Below, piece by piece: positions 18,232-28,661 of a stretch of DNA of 64,000 bases. Source of the stretch: Thermodesulfobacteriota bacterium. Lineage in GTDB: Bacteria > Desulfobacterota > Binatia > Bin18. Made by a program: the position numbers and the translations under genes. The stretch is from contig OZ219926.1 in assembly GCA_964291405.2 (NCBI GenBank), forward strand, positions 1,333,825 through 1,397,824. The letters are read 5' to 3'. The notes under the pieces are model-generated. The model was not told the DNA's origin. It did no database searches and saw nothing but the letters and a program-made list of their open reading frames with translations. How positions within the stretch are numbered: position 1 is the first letter of the stretch; every line of letters begins with the position of its first letter.

Positions 18232-19925
18232 TTAGACTCGTTTACGCTGATATTTTCGACCTAACGCCTCCTCATCGCGCAGATATTTGGCCATCCGTTC
18301 ATGGCTGAATCCATACGGTCCGCTACCGAATAAACCGACTTCTTCAATCGCCAGCCGCTCTAATTCAGCATTACTAGATAAATCGCCTAAGCCTTGCTCA
18401 GTCGGCAGCTCGGCAGCCCGCCAAGCGTCAAATCCGCCCTGCAATACTGCGACGCGGGTATAGCCCATGGCTTTTAAGGTGGGGACGGATAAGGGCGAGA
18501 GATTCCCCTTGCGGCACATCAGCACCACCAGGGTCGTTTTGTCCGGTACTTCATGTTCAATCTGGAGGTCGAGCTTGCCCCGCGAGAGCCAGCGTGCGCC
18601 CGGCACATGAGCAGTGGCGAAATCGCCCAGACTCCGCACATCGAGCAGTGCAGGCTGCTCACCAGCATCAGCTGAGTCTGCAAGGCTTGCGGCGTGAGGA
18701 GTTCGGCCTGCGCACGAGCTTCAGCCAAGCCGGGGATCGGCAGAGCCTGGGGCTCTACCCCGGCCGGCAGTCCCTGCAGCAGCCGCGCCATCCATACGGG
18801 CTGGCCAAAATCAATCTCTTGGGGGTCGCCAGTCTCAAGCTCAAAACCGGCGGCTTTCCAGGCGGTCGTGCCGCCGTCCAGGACACTCACGTTTGGATAG
18901 CCAGCTCCCTTGAGTACAGACGCGGCGATAATCGCCCGGGCGCGGCCGGCACACATGGTGATAATCGGTGCGTTCTTCACGCCGATCAAACTCTCGACCA
19001 GGAGGGCAATCTGAGTCGCGGGACAAAAATGGGCGCCGGGAATATGGCCGGCCTGATACTCGTCGAGCAAACGCACATCGAGCAGGTAGAGCAACTCACC
19101 CTTTTCCTGCCGAGCGTGCACGTCCTGAGGGGTGATACTGGAAACGTTGTCTTCTGTGGCAAGGTGCTCGGCAAACTGTTTGCACGTTGAGATACCAGTC
19201 TCAGAAAGTCGGGGCACGGGGACGCCGTCGCCTTTCTCAAGTTCCCCGGTGTAGCCGGCAATGCGCCAGGCCCCGGTGCCACCCTTCAGCGCGTAGACGT
19301 CGGTAAAACCCATCCGCCGTAAAATATGAGCTCCCAGCAAGCTGCGTGTGCGGCCGGCACAGTTGGTGACAATCGTCCGGCCTTTGTCTGGTACAACCTC
19401 GGGCGCGATCAGGGCTAACTGCCCGCCTGGAGCGCAATACGCGCCTGGCAAATGCGCAGCCTTGAATTCCGGCTCAGTGCGAGTATCAAAGATATACAGC
19501 TGTTCGCCTTGCTTCAGGCGCGCATGGAGTTCTTCGGCCATCATCTCGGGGATGTCCTCCTCGACCTGGAGACGCTCGCCATAGACTTTGCCCCGTAAAC
19601 TCCAGCCATGCATTGTCTCATAGCCAGCCGCTGTCCAGGCGGTGAGACCGCTGTCCAGGACCGACACATTGGTATAGCCCAGGGTTTCCAGGCTGAGGGC
19701 CGCCCGAGTCGAACGTTGGCCGGTATCGCAGTACAGAACTGTAGGGATATCGGTCTTGGGGACTAACACCGAAATATACTTTTCTAATGATCCGCGCGGG
19801 ATGCAGTTGGTGCCAGGAATCTGGCCCAGGGAAAATTCTCCCCAGTCCCGGACATCAATGACCGCATACAGCACCTGGCTGTCTAGAAGCGCTTTGAGAT
19901 CTTGGGCACTCATACTGCCTGCCAT
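18232..19925 (-). CDS. four-domain rhodanese-like sulfurtransferase, interrupted by an apparent 1-nt frameshift near 18655-18680 (possible pseudogene or sequencing error)
   Basis: ORFs 18519..19982 and 18232..18639 overlap in different frames. There are four rhodanese repeats with active-site loops YCDTGQRS, NCAGRTRS, MCAGRARA and MCRKGNLS. The total span of 1694 nt is one short of a multiple of three. An AAGGAGGAA RBS precedes the ATG at 19925. Confidence 0.75.
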
Positions 19926-20063
19926 GAGAGTTCCTCCTTGTGACGCGTACGGAAAAGTCCGCAGGTGCTTGACCGCGCCCATATGACGTTGGACAATCGA
20001 AGCCTAGGCTCGAGAGATGGTCAATACCCATAAGATGAGCTGACTGCTGCAAGGGAGGGAGAT

Positions 20064-20669
20064 ATGGCTGAAAAATGGAAAATTGAGGGTGATTATTTTG
20101 AATCGTGTAATTGTGACACGATCTGTGCCTGTTTGATCCAGAACCCGCCCCCTCGTGGGCGGTGTGACGCGGCCCTGGCGTTTCATGTGAATCAGGGGAG
20201 CTATGGCCAGACGAGCCTCGGCGATCTGAACGCCGTGCTCGTGGTGTCCTTTCCCGGTCCGGGCAAGATGGGGGACGGCAACTGGACTGCGGCCCTGTAC
20301 GTGGACGACAAGGCCTCCACAGACCAGCAAGAGGGGCTGAGTGCGATTTTCTCCGGTCAGGCGGGTGGGCCCATGCAGCTGGTCTCGGGTCTGATCAGTA
20401 ATTTTCTGGGGATCAAGACCGCTCCCATTGCGTTTACGATAGACGCCAACAATCGGCGGCTGACGATTCCGGACGTGCTGGAGATCGACATTGAGGCACT
20501 GACCGGTCGGGACGGCAGTGAGCCGCTATGGGTCACCAACGCCAATCACCCGGTTTCGCCCAGGCTGTCGCTGGCCAAATCCAACGCGTATCGCTACACC
20601 GACCACAACCTGGCCTGGGACGTCGATAATACCAACGGCCACTTTGCGCCGTTTAGCTGGCAGAATTAG
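20064..20669 (+). CDS. DUF1326 family protein (Cys-rich N-terminus)
   Basis: 201 aa. The N-terminus MAEKWKIEGDYFESCNCDTICAC is typical of DUF1326. It is paired with a DUF2182 gene downstream. Confidence 0.7.
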   Translation: MAEKWKIEGDYFESCNCDTICACLIQNPPPRGRCDAALAFHVNQGSYGQTSLGDLNAVLVVSFPGPGKMGDGNWTAALYVDDKASTDQQEGLSAIFSGQAGGPMQLVSGLISNFLGIKTAPIAFTIDANNRRLTIPDVLEIDIEALTGRDGSEPLWVTNANHPVSPRLSLAKSNAYRYTDHNLAWDVDNTNGHFAPFSWQN

Positions 20670-20775
20670 CCCGTTTTAACGTGGCTGGACCGTGCGTTCA
20701 GCCCCCGACCCCTATCGACCTGGTTGCCCTTTCCCCGTTGGAAAAGGACTGAGGTGAGGGAAGAGACTGCCAGCC

Positions 20776-21543
20776 ATGACCTTACGAGATAAGATCATCA
20801 TCGTCACCGCTCTCGTGCTGCTGTCCGTTCTGGCCTGGATTGCCACCGTGCACCAGGCCGGAGGGATGGGGCTTGGCCTGATGACCATGAGTATGACTAT
20901 GGGCCTGCCATTCTCGGTCTCTAATGCAGTCCTGTACATTGCCCTCTGGGGTGTCATGATGGTGGCCATGATGTTCCCGTCTGTCGCGCCAACGGCCGTG
21001 CTGTTCGCCACCGTAACGCGCCAAAAACGAGAGCAGGCTGCCCCCTTTGCTCCGGCGTGGCTCTTTACCGCTGGGTATGCCGTGCTGTGGACCCTGACTG
21101 GCGGGGTGGCCTATGCTGGGGACATCGCCATCCAGTCCCTGCCCGACACTTTTCTTGGCCTGCGAACGTATGGCTCTGCTATCGGTGGGCTGACCCTGAT
21201 CATCGCCGGCCTGTATCAGCTCAGCCCGCTCAAATACGTCTGCCTGTCGAAATGTCGCTCCCCACTCGGCTTCCTGCTCAATAGTTGGCGAGACGGGTAC
21301 TGGGGGGCGTTTCGGATGGGCTTGCACCACGGCGCCTACTGCCTGGGGTGTTGCTGGAGTCTGATGGCCGTGCTGTTCGTTGTCGGCACCATGAACCTGG
21401 TGTGGATGGGTGTTTTGACCCTGATTATTTTTATGGAGAAGATTCTTCCCTACGGGGTGGCACTGGGAAAAGGCACGGGCATTGGCCTGATCGGCCTGGG
21501 ACTGGTCCTGGTTGTCGCCCCCAGTACGCTGGCCGTGGGCTAA
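20776..21543 (+). CDS. DUF2182 family predicted metal-binding integral membrane protein
   Basis: 255 aa, polytopic. LSKCRSPLGFL and HHGAYCLGCCW motifs are present, along with the conserved partnership with DUF1326. Confidence 0.7.
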   Translation: MTLRDKIIIVTALVLLSVLAWIATVHQAGGMGLGLMTMSMTMGLPFSVSNAVLYIALWGVMMVAMMFPSVAPTAVLFATVTRQKREQAAPFAPAWLFTAGYAVLWTLTGGVAYAGDIAIQSLPDTFLGLRTYGSAIGGLTLIIAGLYQLSPLKYVCLSKCRSPLGFLLNSWRDGYWGAFRMGLHHGAYCLGCCWSLMAVLFVVGTMNLVWMGVLTLIIFMEKILPYGVALGKGTGIGLIGLGLVLVVAPSTLAVG

Positions 21544-21596
21544 GCCGGCGACGCAAGAGCACTATTCGTTGTTTTTTTAAGACATAGGAAACACGA

Positions 21597-23156
21597 ATGC
21601 CAACACCAGGTTGGGACGATTATATCGCCCAACTCCGGCACCGAAAGACTGAAGCACGGAGCCAGGGCGGTCCCGAGGCCATCGCTCGGGCGCATAGGCG
21701 GGGGAAGCTGACCGCCCGTGAACGGCTGACCTTACTCCTAGACGAGGACAGCTTCCACGAAATTGGACTGCTGGCCGAAGGCAGCGTAGACACGCCTGGG
21801 AAACCCGCCCAGCACCTCCCAGCCGACGGAGTGGTAACGGGCTGGGGCACGATACACGGCCGCCATGTGTGTGTGGTGGCCGACGACGGTACCTTGGTGG
21901 GAGGAGCGGCCAGCCTGAAGAATATTGCCAAACGCTTTCGCCTGCGCCGCTTGGCCCTGGAACAGGGCTATCCTTTCATTGGCCTCTATGAAGGCTCTGC
22001 CATCCGCTTCCAGGACTCGATGCAGGCCCGCCAGATGACCCAAGTGCCGGCCTTTCGAGAAGTCACCGATTGTGTAGGGAGGATTCCTCAGGTCGCCGCC
22101 ATGCTGGGTGCCTGTTTTGGCCGGCCGCCCATTGATGGGCTGTACGCCGATTTTACGCTGATGGTCAAAGGTTCCGGCTTTGTCGGCTGGTCCGGACCGA
22201 CCCTGGTCCGGGGCGGGCTTGGCGAGGCGGTCGATATCGACCGCCTCGCCGGCCCTGATATGCACGCCCGGACAACCGGGTTTGTTGATCGGGTCTCAGC
22301 CAATGAGCAGGAGTGTATTGCCGCTATCCGGACCTTTCTCACCTTTATGCCTCAAAACTGCTGGGAGCTGCCGCCGCGCGAGCCCTCCACCGATGACCCC
22401 AACCGTCTGTGCCCCGAACTGCTCGATATCGTCCCTACTCGTCTCCGCAAGCCGTACGACGTCGCCCGGGTGATCGCCGCTCTTGTTGACCACGGTCAGA
22501 CCTTTGTTTACAAGCCAGACTTCGGCCAAAGCGTCATGACCTGCCTCGCCCGTCTTGACGGGCTCGTGGTGGGGATTGTGGCCAGTCAGCCGGACTACCA
22601 GGCCGGAGCCCTGGACTGGGCGTCAGCGGCCAAGGTCCGCCGTTTTATTGCAGTCTGTGACTCGTTTCACATTCCGCTCGTTTTTCTGCAGGACCAACCA
22701 GGCTTTCTCATTGGCCAACAGGCCGAGACCAGCAATATGCTCTACTGGGGCGGTACGCTGATCGATGCGGTGGAGCGGGCAGGCACTCCCAAGATCACTC
22801 TTATTCTGCGCAAGGCGCATGGCGCGGCGATGTGGGCCATGGGTGGACGCGGGAGCCCGTATTCGCCCGATCTACAAATTGCCTGGCCGCTCGCGATCAT
22901 GACCGGCACCGGTCCGACCTCGGCCGTCTATACGGTCCACAGCCGGGAGCTGCAAGAAGCGCGCGACCCAGACCAGTTACAGGCTGAACTGGAGGCCAAG
23001 TACAGTCGCCAGGGATCGGTCTACGAAGCCGCGGCCGCATTTGGGGTTGATGATATTATTGAACCGCCCGAGACCCGTCGGTACCTGATTCAGGCCCTGG
23101 CCTTTCTGTGTGGCAAACAGACCCGACAGCTCGGACCCAAAGTCCGCTGTCCCTAG
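21597..23156 (+). CDS. acyl-CoA carboxylase carboxyltransferase subunit (propionyl-CoA carboxylase beta-like)
   Basis: 519 aa. It shows the two-lobed carboxyl transferase domain pattern (GKLTARERLTLLLDEDSF, VVADDGTLVGGA, FLQDQPGFLIG). Confidence 0.8.
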   Translation: MPTPGWDDYIAQLRHRKTEARSQGGPEAIARAHRRGKLTARERLTLLLDEDSFHEIGLLAEGSVDTPGKPAQHLPADGVVTGWGTIHGRHVCVVADDGTLVGGAASLKNIAKRFRLRRLALEQGYPFIGLYEGSAIRFQDSMQARQMTQVPAFREVTDCVGRIPQVAAMLGACFGRPPIDGLYADFTLMVKGSGFVGWSGPTLVRGGLGEAVDIDRLAGPDMHARTTGFVDRVSANEQECIAAIRTFLTFMPQNCWELPPREPSTDDPNRLCPELLDIVPTRLRKPYDVARVIAALVDHGQTFVYKPDFGQSVMTCLARLDGLVVGIVASQPDYQAGALDWASAAKVRRFIAVCDSFHIPLVFLQDQPGFLIGQQAETSNMLYWGGTLIDAVERAGTPKITLILRKAHGAAMWAMGGRGSPYSPDLQIAWPLAIMTGTGPTSAVYTVHSRELQEARDPDQLQAELEAKYSRQGSVYEAAAAFGVDDIIEPPETRRYLIQALAFLCGKQTRQLGPKVRCP

Positions 23157-23529
23157 GCGATAAATTCTCGGAGAAAACGGATGCTACGCTATAGAGGCTA
23201 TCGAGTCGAGCACCTGGATATCATCTTCACCGAAATCTTTCACCCTTCGTATAGGTCGAACCGTCTTCCTTTATGTATCGACGAAGGCCGCCGTGCTCCG
23301 AGTAGTGGTTCACCTATTCCGGCGTTGGGGTCATCTCGGGCTGGAAGTGTGAGGCCAACGAGCCACTGTCCATCTCAATGAAGACATGGTACTCGCTTGG
23401 GACCCGATTCCCCGGGACCGAGCGGACCGATGTCCTCAACGCAGGTGCCTGTGACAGTGCAGATGTCGGCTTTGTCGCCATCTGGAACTGGGGGAATCTG
23501 GGGGGGGATGGGACCTACACGGCCATTGT

Positions 23530-24285
23530 CTACGATAACGCGGTGGAGTTTGCCCGCAGCACGTTTACGGCCACAACGCTGGAGAGGCATTTGTGGAGGG
23601 GGCGAGCGGCAAGTGCACTATTGCGGATTTTCCGGCCTCTGGGGAGAGTGCGCGGTTTGCGTGGAATGAGAACTCGTGCTGGTTCTTGGCTCATCCGCGC
23701 CCTCCAGGGCACCAATGAGCTCGGTCCATGGACGACCTGGCTCCGATGCAGCATTATGACGCAGCGGTTATCCCAGATCACCAGGTCACGGGACGTGTAT
23801 CTGCCACCGCCGCCCGACCGGTCCAGAGCAGCTCGGCGATCCCGGCCAACCCCAGACCGGCGTGGCGGCTGACCATGGCGGCCCGACCACCCGGCAGCTT
23901 TCCGTCAGTCGTATTGCCGAACGCAGCAGTCCCTGGGGATCGGCCCAATGATTTCGGGCAGGACTCCGTGCCATGGTCAACCGTGTACGGGCCTTCTCCC
24001 ACAATGTGGCTGGCATGCCGACTTCTTTGGCTCGGGCTCGACAAAGAGTGAGTGCTTTCTGCGGATACCGTCTCTTCGATGAGCGTTGAAACTCCAGGCG
24101 AGTTATGAGCAGATATTTCAGGCACCTCATTCCACTGGCGGAGCGCCATCCGAAGCGGCCCGTTGTTTTTCGGATGTGGTTGAAGCCCCCAGCAATCCCG
24201 GCTCAGACTTTCAGGTTCGGCGGACGGGGGCGACGCGTTCAGGCGTCGCGTCATTAAATCGGCAGATTTACCGTGGCTGTACGCA
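23530..24285 (-). pseudogene. degenerate, insertion-riddled duplicate of the 3' half of the adjacent tauD-like gene
   Basis: There are exact blocks shared with the intact gene. These are 24251-24285 = 24795-24829 (35 nt), 23993-24022 = 24678-24707 (30 nt) and 23764-23789 = 24565-24590 (26 nt). Extra sequence between the blocks breaks the frame. Confidence 0.65.
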
Positions 24286-24459
24286 GTGGAGTGTGGGGAG
24301 TCCCATGCGGAGGCCACACTGCCGACAACCGCGTGCGGGTTGTGCATGCGCGCCGGAGGAGCGCCGTGGCTGACCAGATCGGTAGCGGTGGCGGCGGTGA
24401 TTGAAGGCGAGCGCATAGCCGGTCGTCGGCAAGCCTCGCGCCAGGGCACCGATAGCAGC

Positions 24460-25317
24460 TTATCGCGACGAACTCCTGACGTTATCGGCTCCATTGTCCG
24501 GGTCATCGCAAGCCACCCGAATTCTTGGCTCATCAGGGGGCCATGGTCGACCGCGATGCAGTAAGCGGTTATCCCAGATCACCAGGTCACCGACGTGCCA
24601 CCGGTGTGTAAAAATACGCGGCGGCTGACACGCGCTTTCCGTCAGCTCACGCAGCAGTGAACGACTGCGTTCAACATCTTCTCCCACAATGTGGCTGGCA
24701 TGCCGACCGACAAAGAGTGACTTTCTGCCCGTCTCTTCATGGATGCGGACGATCGGATGCGCGACCGGCGGCAGGGCTGCGCGTTCGGCGTCGGTCATTA
24801 AATCGGCAGATTTACCGTGGCTGTACGCAAAGTCATGCACAACCAGCTTGTCTGCGAGCCAGTCTTTACGCGCGGTGTCGAGCGCGTCGTACGCCGCCCG
24901 CATATCGGCGAACTGGGTTTCTCCTCCCGACGAGGGCAAAGTATGGGCTCGGAGAGCTGAAGCCTTTGAGGTAATACGTTTGTATGAGCTGTCGGAGTGC
25001 CACTGCCGGTTGCCCCGATTTAACGCATCATAGGGGCCTCCTGCGGAGTCGAGGATGCCGTCCGGACGGACATTCGCAACTCGGAATATCTCAGGCTTTG
25101 TGCCCTCGATTGCCGTTGTGAGCAGACGTTCCAAATGGCCAAAGCGACGACTGAAGGTGATGTGAGCCTCATCATCGAGATGTTGTTCGGGAAAGGCGAG
25201 CACGCCGTATTCGTGCCACGCTTCAATGATCCGCTTGCCGGTTCGATCATCGAGATGATGCAGATTCACACCGTAGATACTGGCCCCAAGTGTTGCCTCG
25301 CTGGGAACGATCTCCAT
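24460..25317 (-). CDS. TauD/TfdA-family Fe(II)/2-oxoglutarate-dependent dioxygenase
   Basis: 285 aa. It contains WHSDSSY (HxD facial triad context), GGETQFADM, HPIVRIHEETGRKSLFV and GDLVIWDNR. Confidence 0.85.
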   Translation of the reverse strand: MEIVPSEATLGASIYGVNLHHLDDRTGKRIIEAWHEYGVLAFPEQHLDDEAHITFSRRFGHLERLLTTAIEGTKPEIFRVANVRPDGILDSAGGPYDALNRGNRQWHSDSSYKRITSKASALRAHTLPSSGGETQFADMRAAYDALDTARKDWLADKLVVHDFAYSHGKSADLMTDAERAALPPVAHPIVRIHEETGRKSLFVGRHASHIVGEDVERSRSLLRELTESACQPPRIFTHRWHVGDLVIWDNRLLHRGRPWPPDEPRIRVACDDPDNGADNVRSSSR

Positions 25318-25412
25318 GAGGCATACTCCTTTCGTTCGTCTCTATGCCAGCCCAATCCCACCTGCAAAACAGGCTGTCCGCGATCATTCGTCGTGCGTCG
25401 AAGCTGCGTCGG

Positions 25413-26426
25413 CTAGTGTATGTGCGGCACGATGTGCGATGTAAAAAGATCGAGCGATCTTTGGCTTTCCTCCGGACTCAATGAGCCCCATGCGAACGAA
25501 CCGACGAAATAATTGATCCCACTCTCCGAGACCAATTGTTGAATTTGATCGCGGACTTTGTCGACCGATCCGATCAGTATCGTTTCTCCCGCGAGGCAGA
25601 GGTCCCACGCAAAAAAATTGTCGTAGGCGTGATCATTGTGCTGATGCCAGAGCTGCATGATTGAGTTGTACCAATCATCGTACGCCGGCTTCGCCACCGC
25701 AAAGGCTTGTTCGTCGGTTTCCGCCACATAGATTTGGCGCATTGCGCCCAGTTTCAGCGTGTCGGCGCCGCCATTGCCGCTGTCAGCGGCGACTTCTCGA
25801 TATCGAGCCATGAGATTCGTGATGAGCGACGGTGGGCCGAGGGTCATGAAGTGCATTCCCTCACGCGCGGCAAATTCGACCCCGGATTCACTGAACGATG
25901 GATACCAGAGCGGCGGATACGGGTCCTGAAACGGTTTGAGAGTCATTGGTACATCTCGAAATTCGAAATGTTTTCCGGCGTAATTCAGTACATCGTTGCA
26001 CATCCCTTTACGGAATATCTCGAGGACTTCGGTGAAGATTTCCCGGGTCTCTTCCGGATCGACACTGTAGGTAGCGATTTCGTACGGTGACACGCCACGG
26101 CTGATGCCAAGTTCCATGCGCCCGTTTGAAAGGTGGTCCAGCATGCAGACTTCCTCTATGAGGCGCAGTGGATGATACATCGGTAACAAATACGCCATGG
26201 GGCTGAAGCGGATATGCTTGGTCCTCTGCGCGAGCGCCGCGAAGAATACCGATGGAGAGGGCGCCATACCGAGCGGAGTCGAATGGTGTTCCGCCAGATG
26301 ATAGCCGTAAAAATTGGCCTTGTCCGCCGATTCGATCAGTTTGAGACGCGACTCGTACAGATCGCCGACCGAATTCGAGCCGCGATCAACCCAGTCGAAC
26401 ATCCCGAATTCGATTTTTGCTGACAT
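25413..26426 (-). CDS. LLM-class (luciferase-like) flavin-dependent oxidoreductase
   Basis: 337 aa, with FYGYHLAEHHSTPLGMAPSP and GRMELGISRG motifs. Confidence 0.85.
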   Translation of the reverse strand: MSAKIEFGMFDWVDRGSNSVGDLYESRLKLIESADKANFYGYHLAEHHSTPLGMAPSPSVFFAALAQRTKHIRFSPMAYLLPMYHPLRLIEEVCMLDHLSNGRMELGISRGVSPYEIATYSVDPEETREIFTEVLEIFRKGMCNDVLNYAGKHFEFRDVPMTLKPFQDPYPPLWYPSFSESGVEFAAREGMHFMTLGPPSLITNLMARYREVAADSGNGGADTLKLGAMRQIYVAETDEQAFAVAKPAYDDWYNSIMQLWHQHNDHAYDNFFAWDLCLAGETILIGSVDKVRDQIQQLVSESGINYFVGSFAWGSLSPEESQRSLDLFTSHIVPHIH

Positions 26427-26590
26427 TACGGATTCTCCTCTTCCATGCTCACGCTCGCCGTACTTTTCCGAATCTTATGATAAGAGGAAAACGGCGAGGG
26501 TTTTAGGGCTCGTACAGCTCATAATAATGCTGTTGAGGCATTCCTACCAGGAATCCACTTTTTGCTTAAGATGGTCCTCAACTCTCCTGA

Positions 26591-27082
26591 TTACAAGAGA
26601 ATGGACTTGTTCTTATGGCCTGACCACTTCGGCAGATCATCGTGCATGTCCATGACCCGCATCCCATAGAAAATATGACACGTGGGTGTGAAGCTCGGTG
26701 GCACCTGGGGCGGGCGCCCGAAATCAAATAGGGAGGGAAACGCCAGCCACATCTTGCGGCCCTCATCCGCGATCAGCGTTCCACACACGGCACAGCTGAC
26801 TTTGCAGGGGAGAATGCGCTCATACTGCTGCCGCTCGCTATTGTAGAAGCGGAGTTGAGCGATGCCGTGCGTGATGCGCACGTGGCGTTTGTGAAAAATA
26901 GCAGCCCACTGCATAGGCGCGCCGTGCAGCGTCTGGCAGACTACGCAGTGACAGATTTTCGCGTCAACCGGATCTGCGCTCACTTCGTATTGGACGGCCT
27001 GACAGTGGCATCCGGCGCGATATTTTGCCGTAAAGGTCGTGTCCTCAATCGACGCAAATGCGTCTCCAAATTCTTTTTGCAT
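26591..27082 (-). CDS. GFA-family (CENP-V/glutathione-dependent formaldehyde-activating-like) zinc protein
   Basis: 163 aa, with the Cys pattern GCHCQAVQYEV...CHCVVCQ. Confidence 0.75.
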   Translation of the reverse strand: MQKEFGDAFASIEDTTFTAKYRAGCHCQAVQYEVSADPVDAKICHCVVCQTLHGAPMQWAAIFHKRHVRITHGIAQLRFYNSERQQYERILPCKVSCAVCGTLIADEGRKMWLAFPSLFDFGRPPQVPPSFTPTCHIFYGMRVMDMHDDLPKWSGHKNKSILL

Positions 27083-27094
27083 AAGGACGCTGCC

Positions 27095-28105
27095 CTACTC
27101 CTCCGTACGAGAGAGGCTCAAGCTGGCCTCGGCCAGGCACACGAGCGAGCCCAGTTGATTGGTCCCACGTACGGTACAGCCGACCCGACAGTGATCTCCC
27201 ATGGTCTGTGCCGCCGTCACTTCGCCCTGCAGGGTCACTACATGCCCGGCCCGAAACGGCTCGATCGCACGCATGAGCAAGCGGCCACCGGAGTAAAACG
27301 CGGATAGCGGAAACGACAGAGTGAGCATCTGCTCCACGTAGGACATGGTGGCAGGCCCGGCGTTGACGGCCCCGCCAAAAATGTTCTGGCGCGCAAACTC
27401 CTCATCTGTATGGATATTGCTCGTCATGAGCCGGCCCGCCAACTGGATATCGTTATAGCCCAGAATCGTGTCCTGGCTCTCCGTGACCTGAAGCGCCGGC
27501 AGCGTTGTGCCCACCGTAGCCTGCTCGGTCGTCAGGACCCGACGCGCCTCGGCCACAGGCTGCCCGGGCTTGACTGTCGTTTCCCACGCCTCGGCCCCTC
27601 CTGAGGCCGGTACGGTCTTCTGTCCCTGGACATAGGCGAAGATACAGGTGTAATCGTAGTCGGCGACCATGACCCCGCGTTGGTTCACCGCTTCCACGCG
27701 AAAGGTCACAAACCTGCTGCCGCGTCGTTCATACTTGTCCAGGACCCGACGGGTGGCGGTGATGCAATCGCCGATCGCGACCGGCACGTGCCACCGAATA
27801 TCGCACTTGGCAAACGGCGTCTGGCGGCGCGCGGTCTTGGAGTCTTCGAGCGCCACAAAACCGTTGTTCTCCGCCAGGTCGTAGCGCAGCAGCGGCGCGT
27901 AGGCCAACACCATGCTGGGCATGGCCAGGACTGCGGCCGGGTGTGTCGCATCGTTGGTCTGATCCAGTTCCGACCCACGGACGTGTTGGGTGGCCTGGGC
28001 GTACTCGCGCAGCGTATCCATGGTGATGGTGACCGTAGTCTCGGTTCCGGTCTGACCAATGGCCACCGCGTCATAGTCCCATAGTTTCTCGGGCTCGTTT
28101 GGCAT
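27095..28105 (-). CDS. double hot-dog fold MaoC-like dehydratase
   Basis: 336 aa in two hot-dog halves. The second half carries IHTDEEFARQNIFGG, typical of MaoC dehydratase. Confidence 0.6.
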   Translation of the reverse strand: MPNEPEKLWDYDAVAIGQTGTETTVTITMDTLREYAQATQHVRGSELDQTNDATHPAAVLAMPSMVLAYAPLLRYDLAENNGFVALEDSKTARRQTPFAKCDIRWHVPVAIGDCITATRRVLDKYERRGSRFVTFRVEAVNQRGVMVADYDYTCIFAYVQGQKTVPASGGAEAWETTVKPGQPVAEARRVLTTEQATVGTTLPALQVTESQDTILGYNDIQLAGRLMTSNIHTDEEFARQNIFGGAVNAGPATMSYVEQMLTLSFPLSAFYSGGRLLMRAIEPFRAGHVVTLQGEVTAAQTMGDHCRVGCTVRGTNQLGSLVCLAEASLSLSRTEE

Positions 28106-28289
28106 GCATCCCTCCCTGCTCGTCCGTCCGGTGCTCCAGCCTACTCGAGACTGCTCCGGGGTGCAATTTGCGGTAGCTTGCCAAGAGACGACTCTGTAAG
28201 GGTATAAAGAGGAAAGCCCCTTGGGGAGAATCAGTGGAGGGGTCCGCAGGCTGGCCCTGGTACGACCGGCAGAGGAAAGGAGCAGAGCA

Positions 28290-28661
28290 ATGAGTGCAAT
28301 TGGAGAGAAGATTTCAGACTACACCGGGAAGGTCACGACGGTGACGCTGACGGAGGCAGGCTCCGTTATGAATGCAGAGGGAGAAGCCGGACCGTTCGGC
28401 ACGTACCTGTATACGGCAACGTTCGGTCCGGCGGTGGGTCCGACGGGAGAAACGGGCCCACTGACGGGCCGGGTCCAGGATTTTCGCCCGGATGGCAGCG
28501 TGGTGCCCCAAGTCGTCACGGGAGTGTGGCGTAAGAGCGGGCACCGCCAGTGGGAAGTGAAGGCGATCAACATGGCCGCAGACGGGAAGTGCCTTTTCTT
28601 CGTCGAAGTGTGGGATTTGGCGACGCAGTCGATCTCGGGCACGATCTACGCCTTGGACTAA
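28290..28661 (+). CDS. hypothetical protein
   Basis: The internal ATG at 28290 of ORF 28221..28661 is preceded by AGGAAAGGAG. It encodes 123 aa with no family I recognise. Confidence 0.45.
   Translation: MSAIGEKISDYTGKVTTVTLTEAGSVMNAEGEAGPFGTYLYTATFGPAVGPTGETGPLTGRVQDFRPDGSVVPQVVTGVWRKSGHRQWEVKAINMAADGKCLFFVEVWDLATQSISGTIYALD

Noticed and set aside
23181-23872. ORFs 23181..23381 and 23378..23872 as genes
   Set aside because: They have no recognisable domains. The second runs into the degenerate tauD duplicate, and coding potential is unconvincing. They may contain a small real gene, but I cannot support one.
23530-25317. Diversity-generating retroelement (template/variable repeat pair) at the tauD-like gene
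   Set aside because: No reverse transcriptase gene is nearby. The two copies differ by insertions between perfectly identical blocks, not by adenine-specific substitutions.
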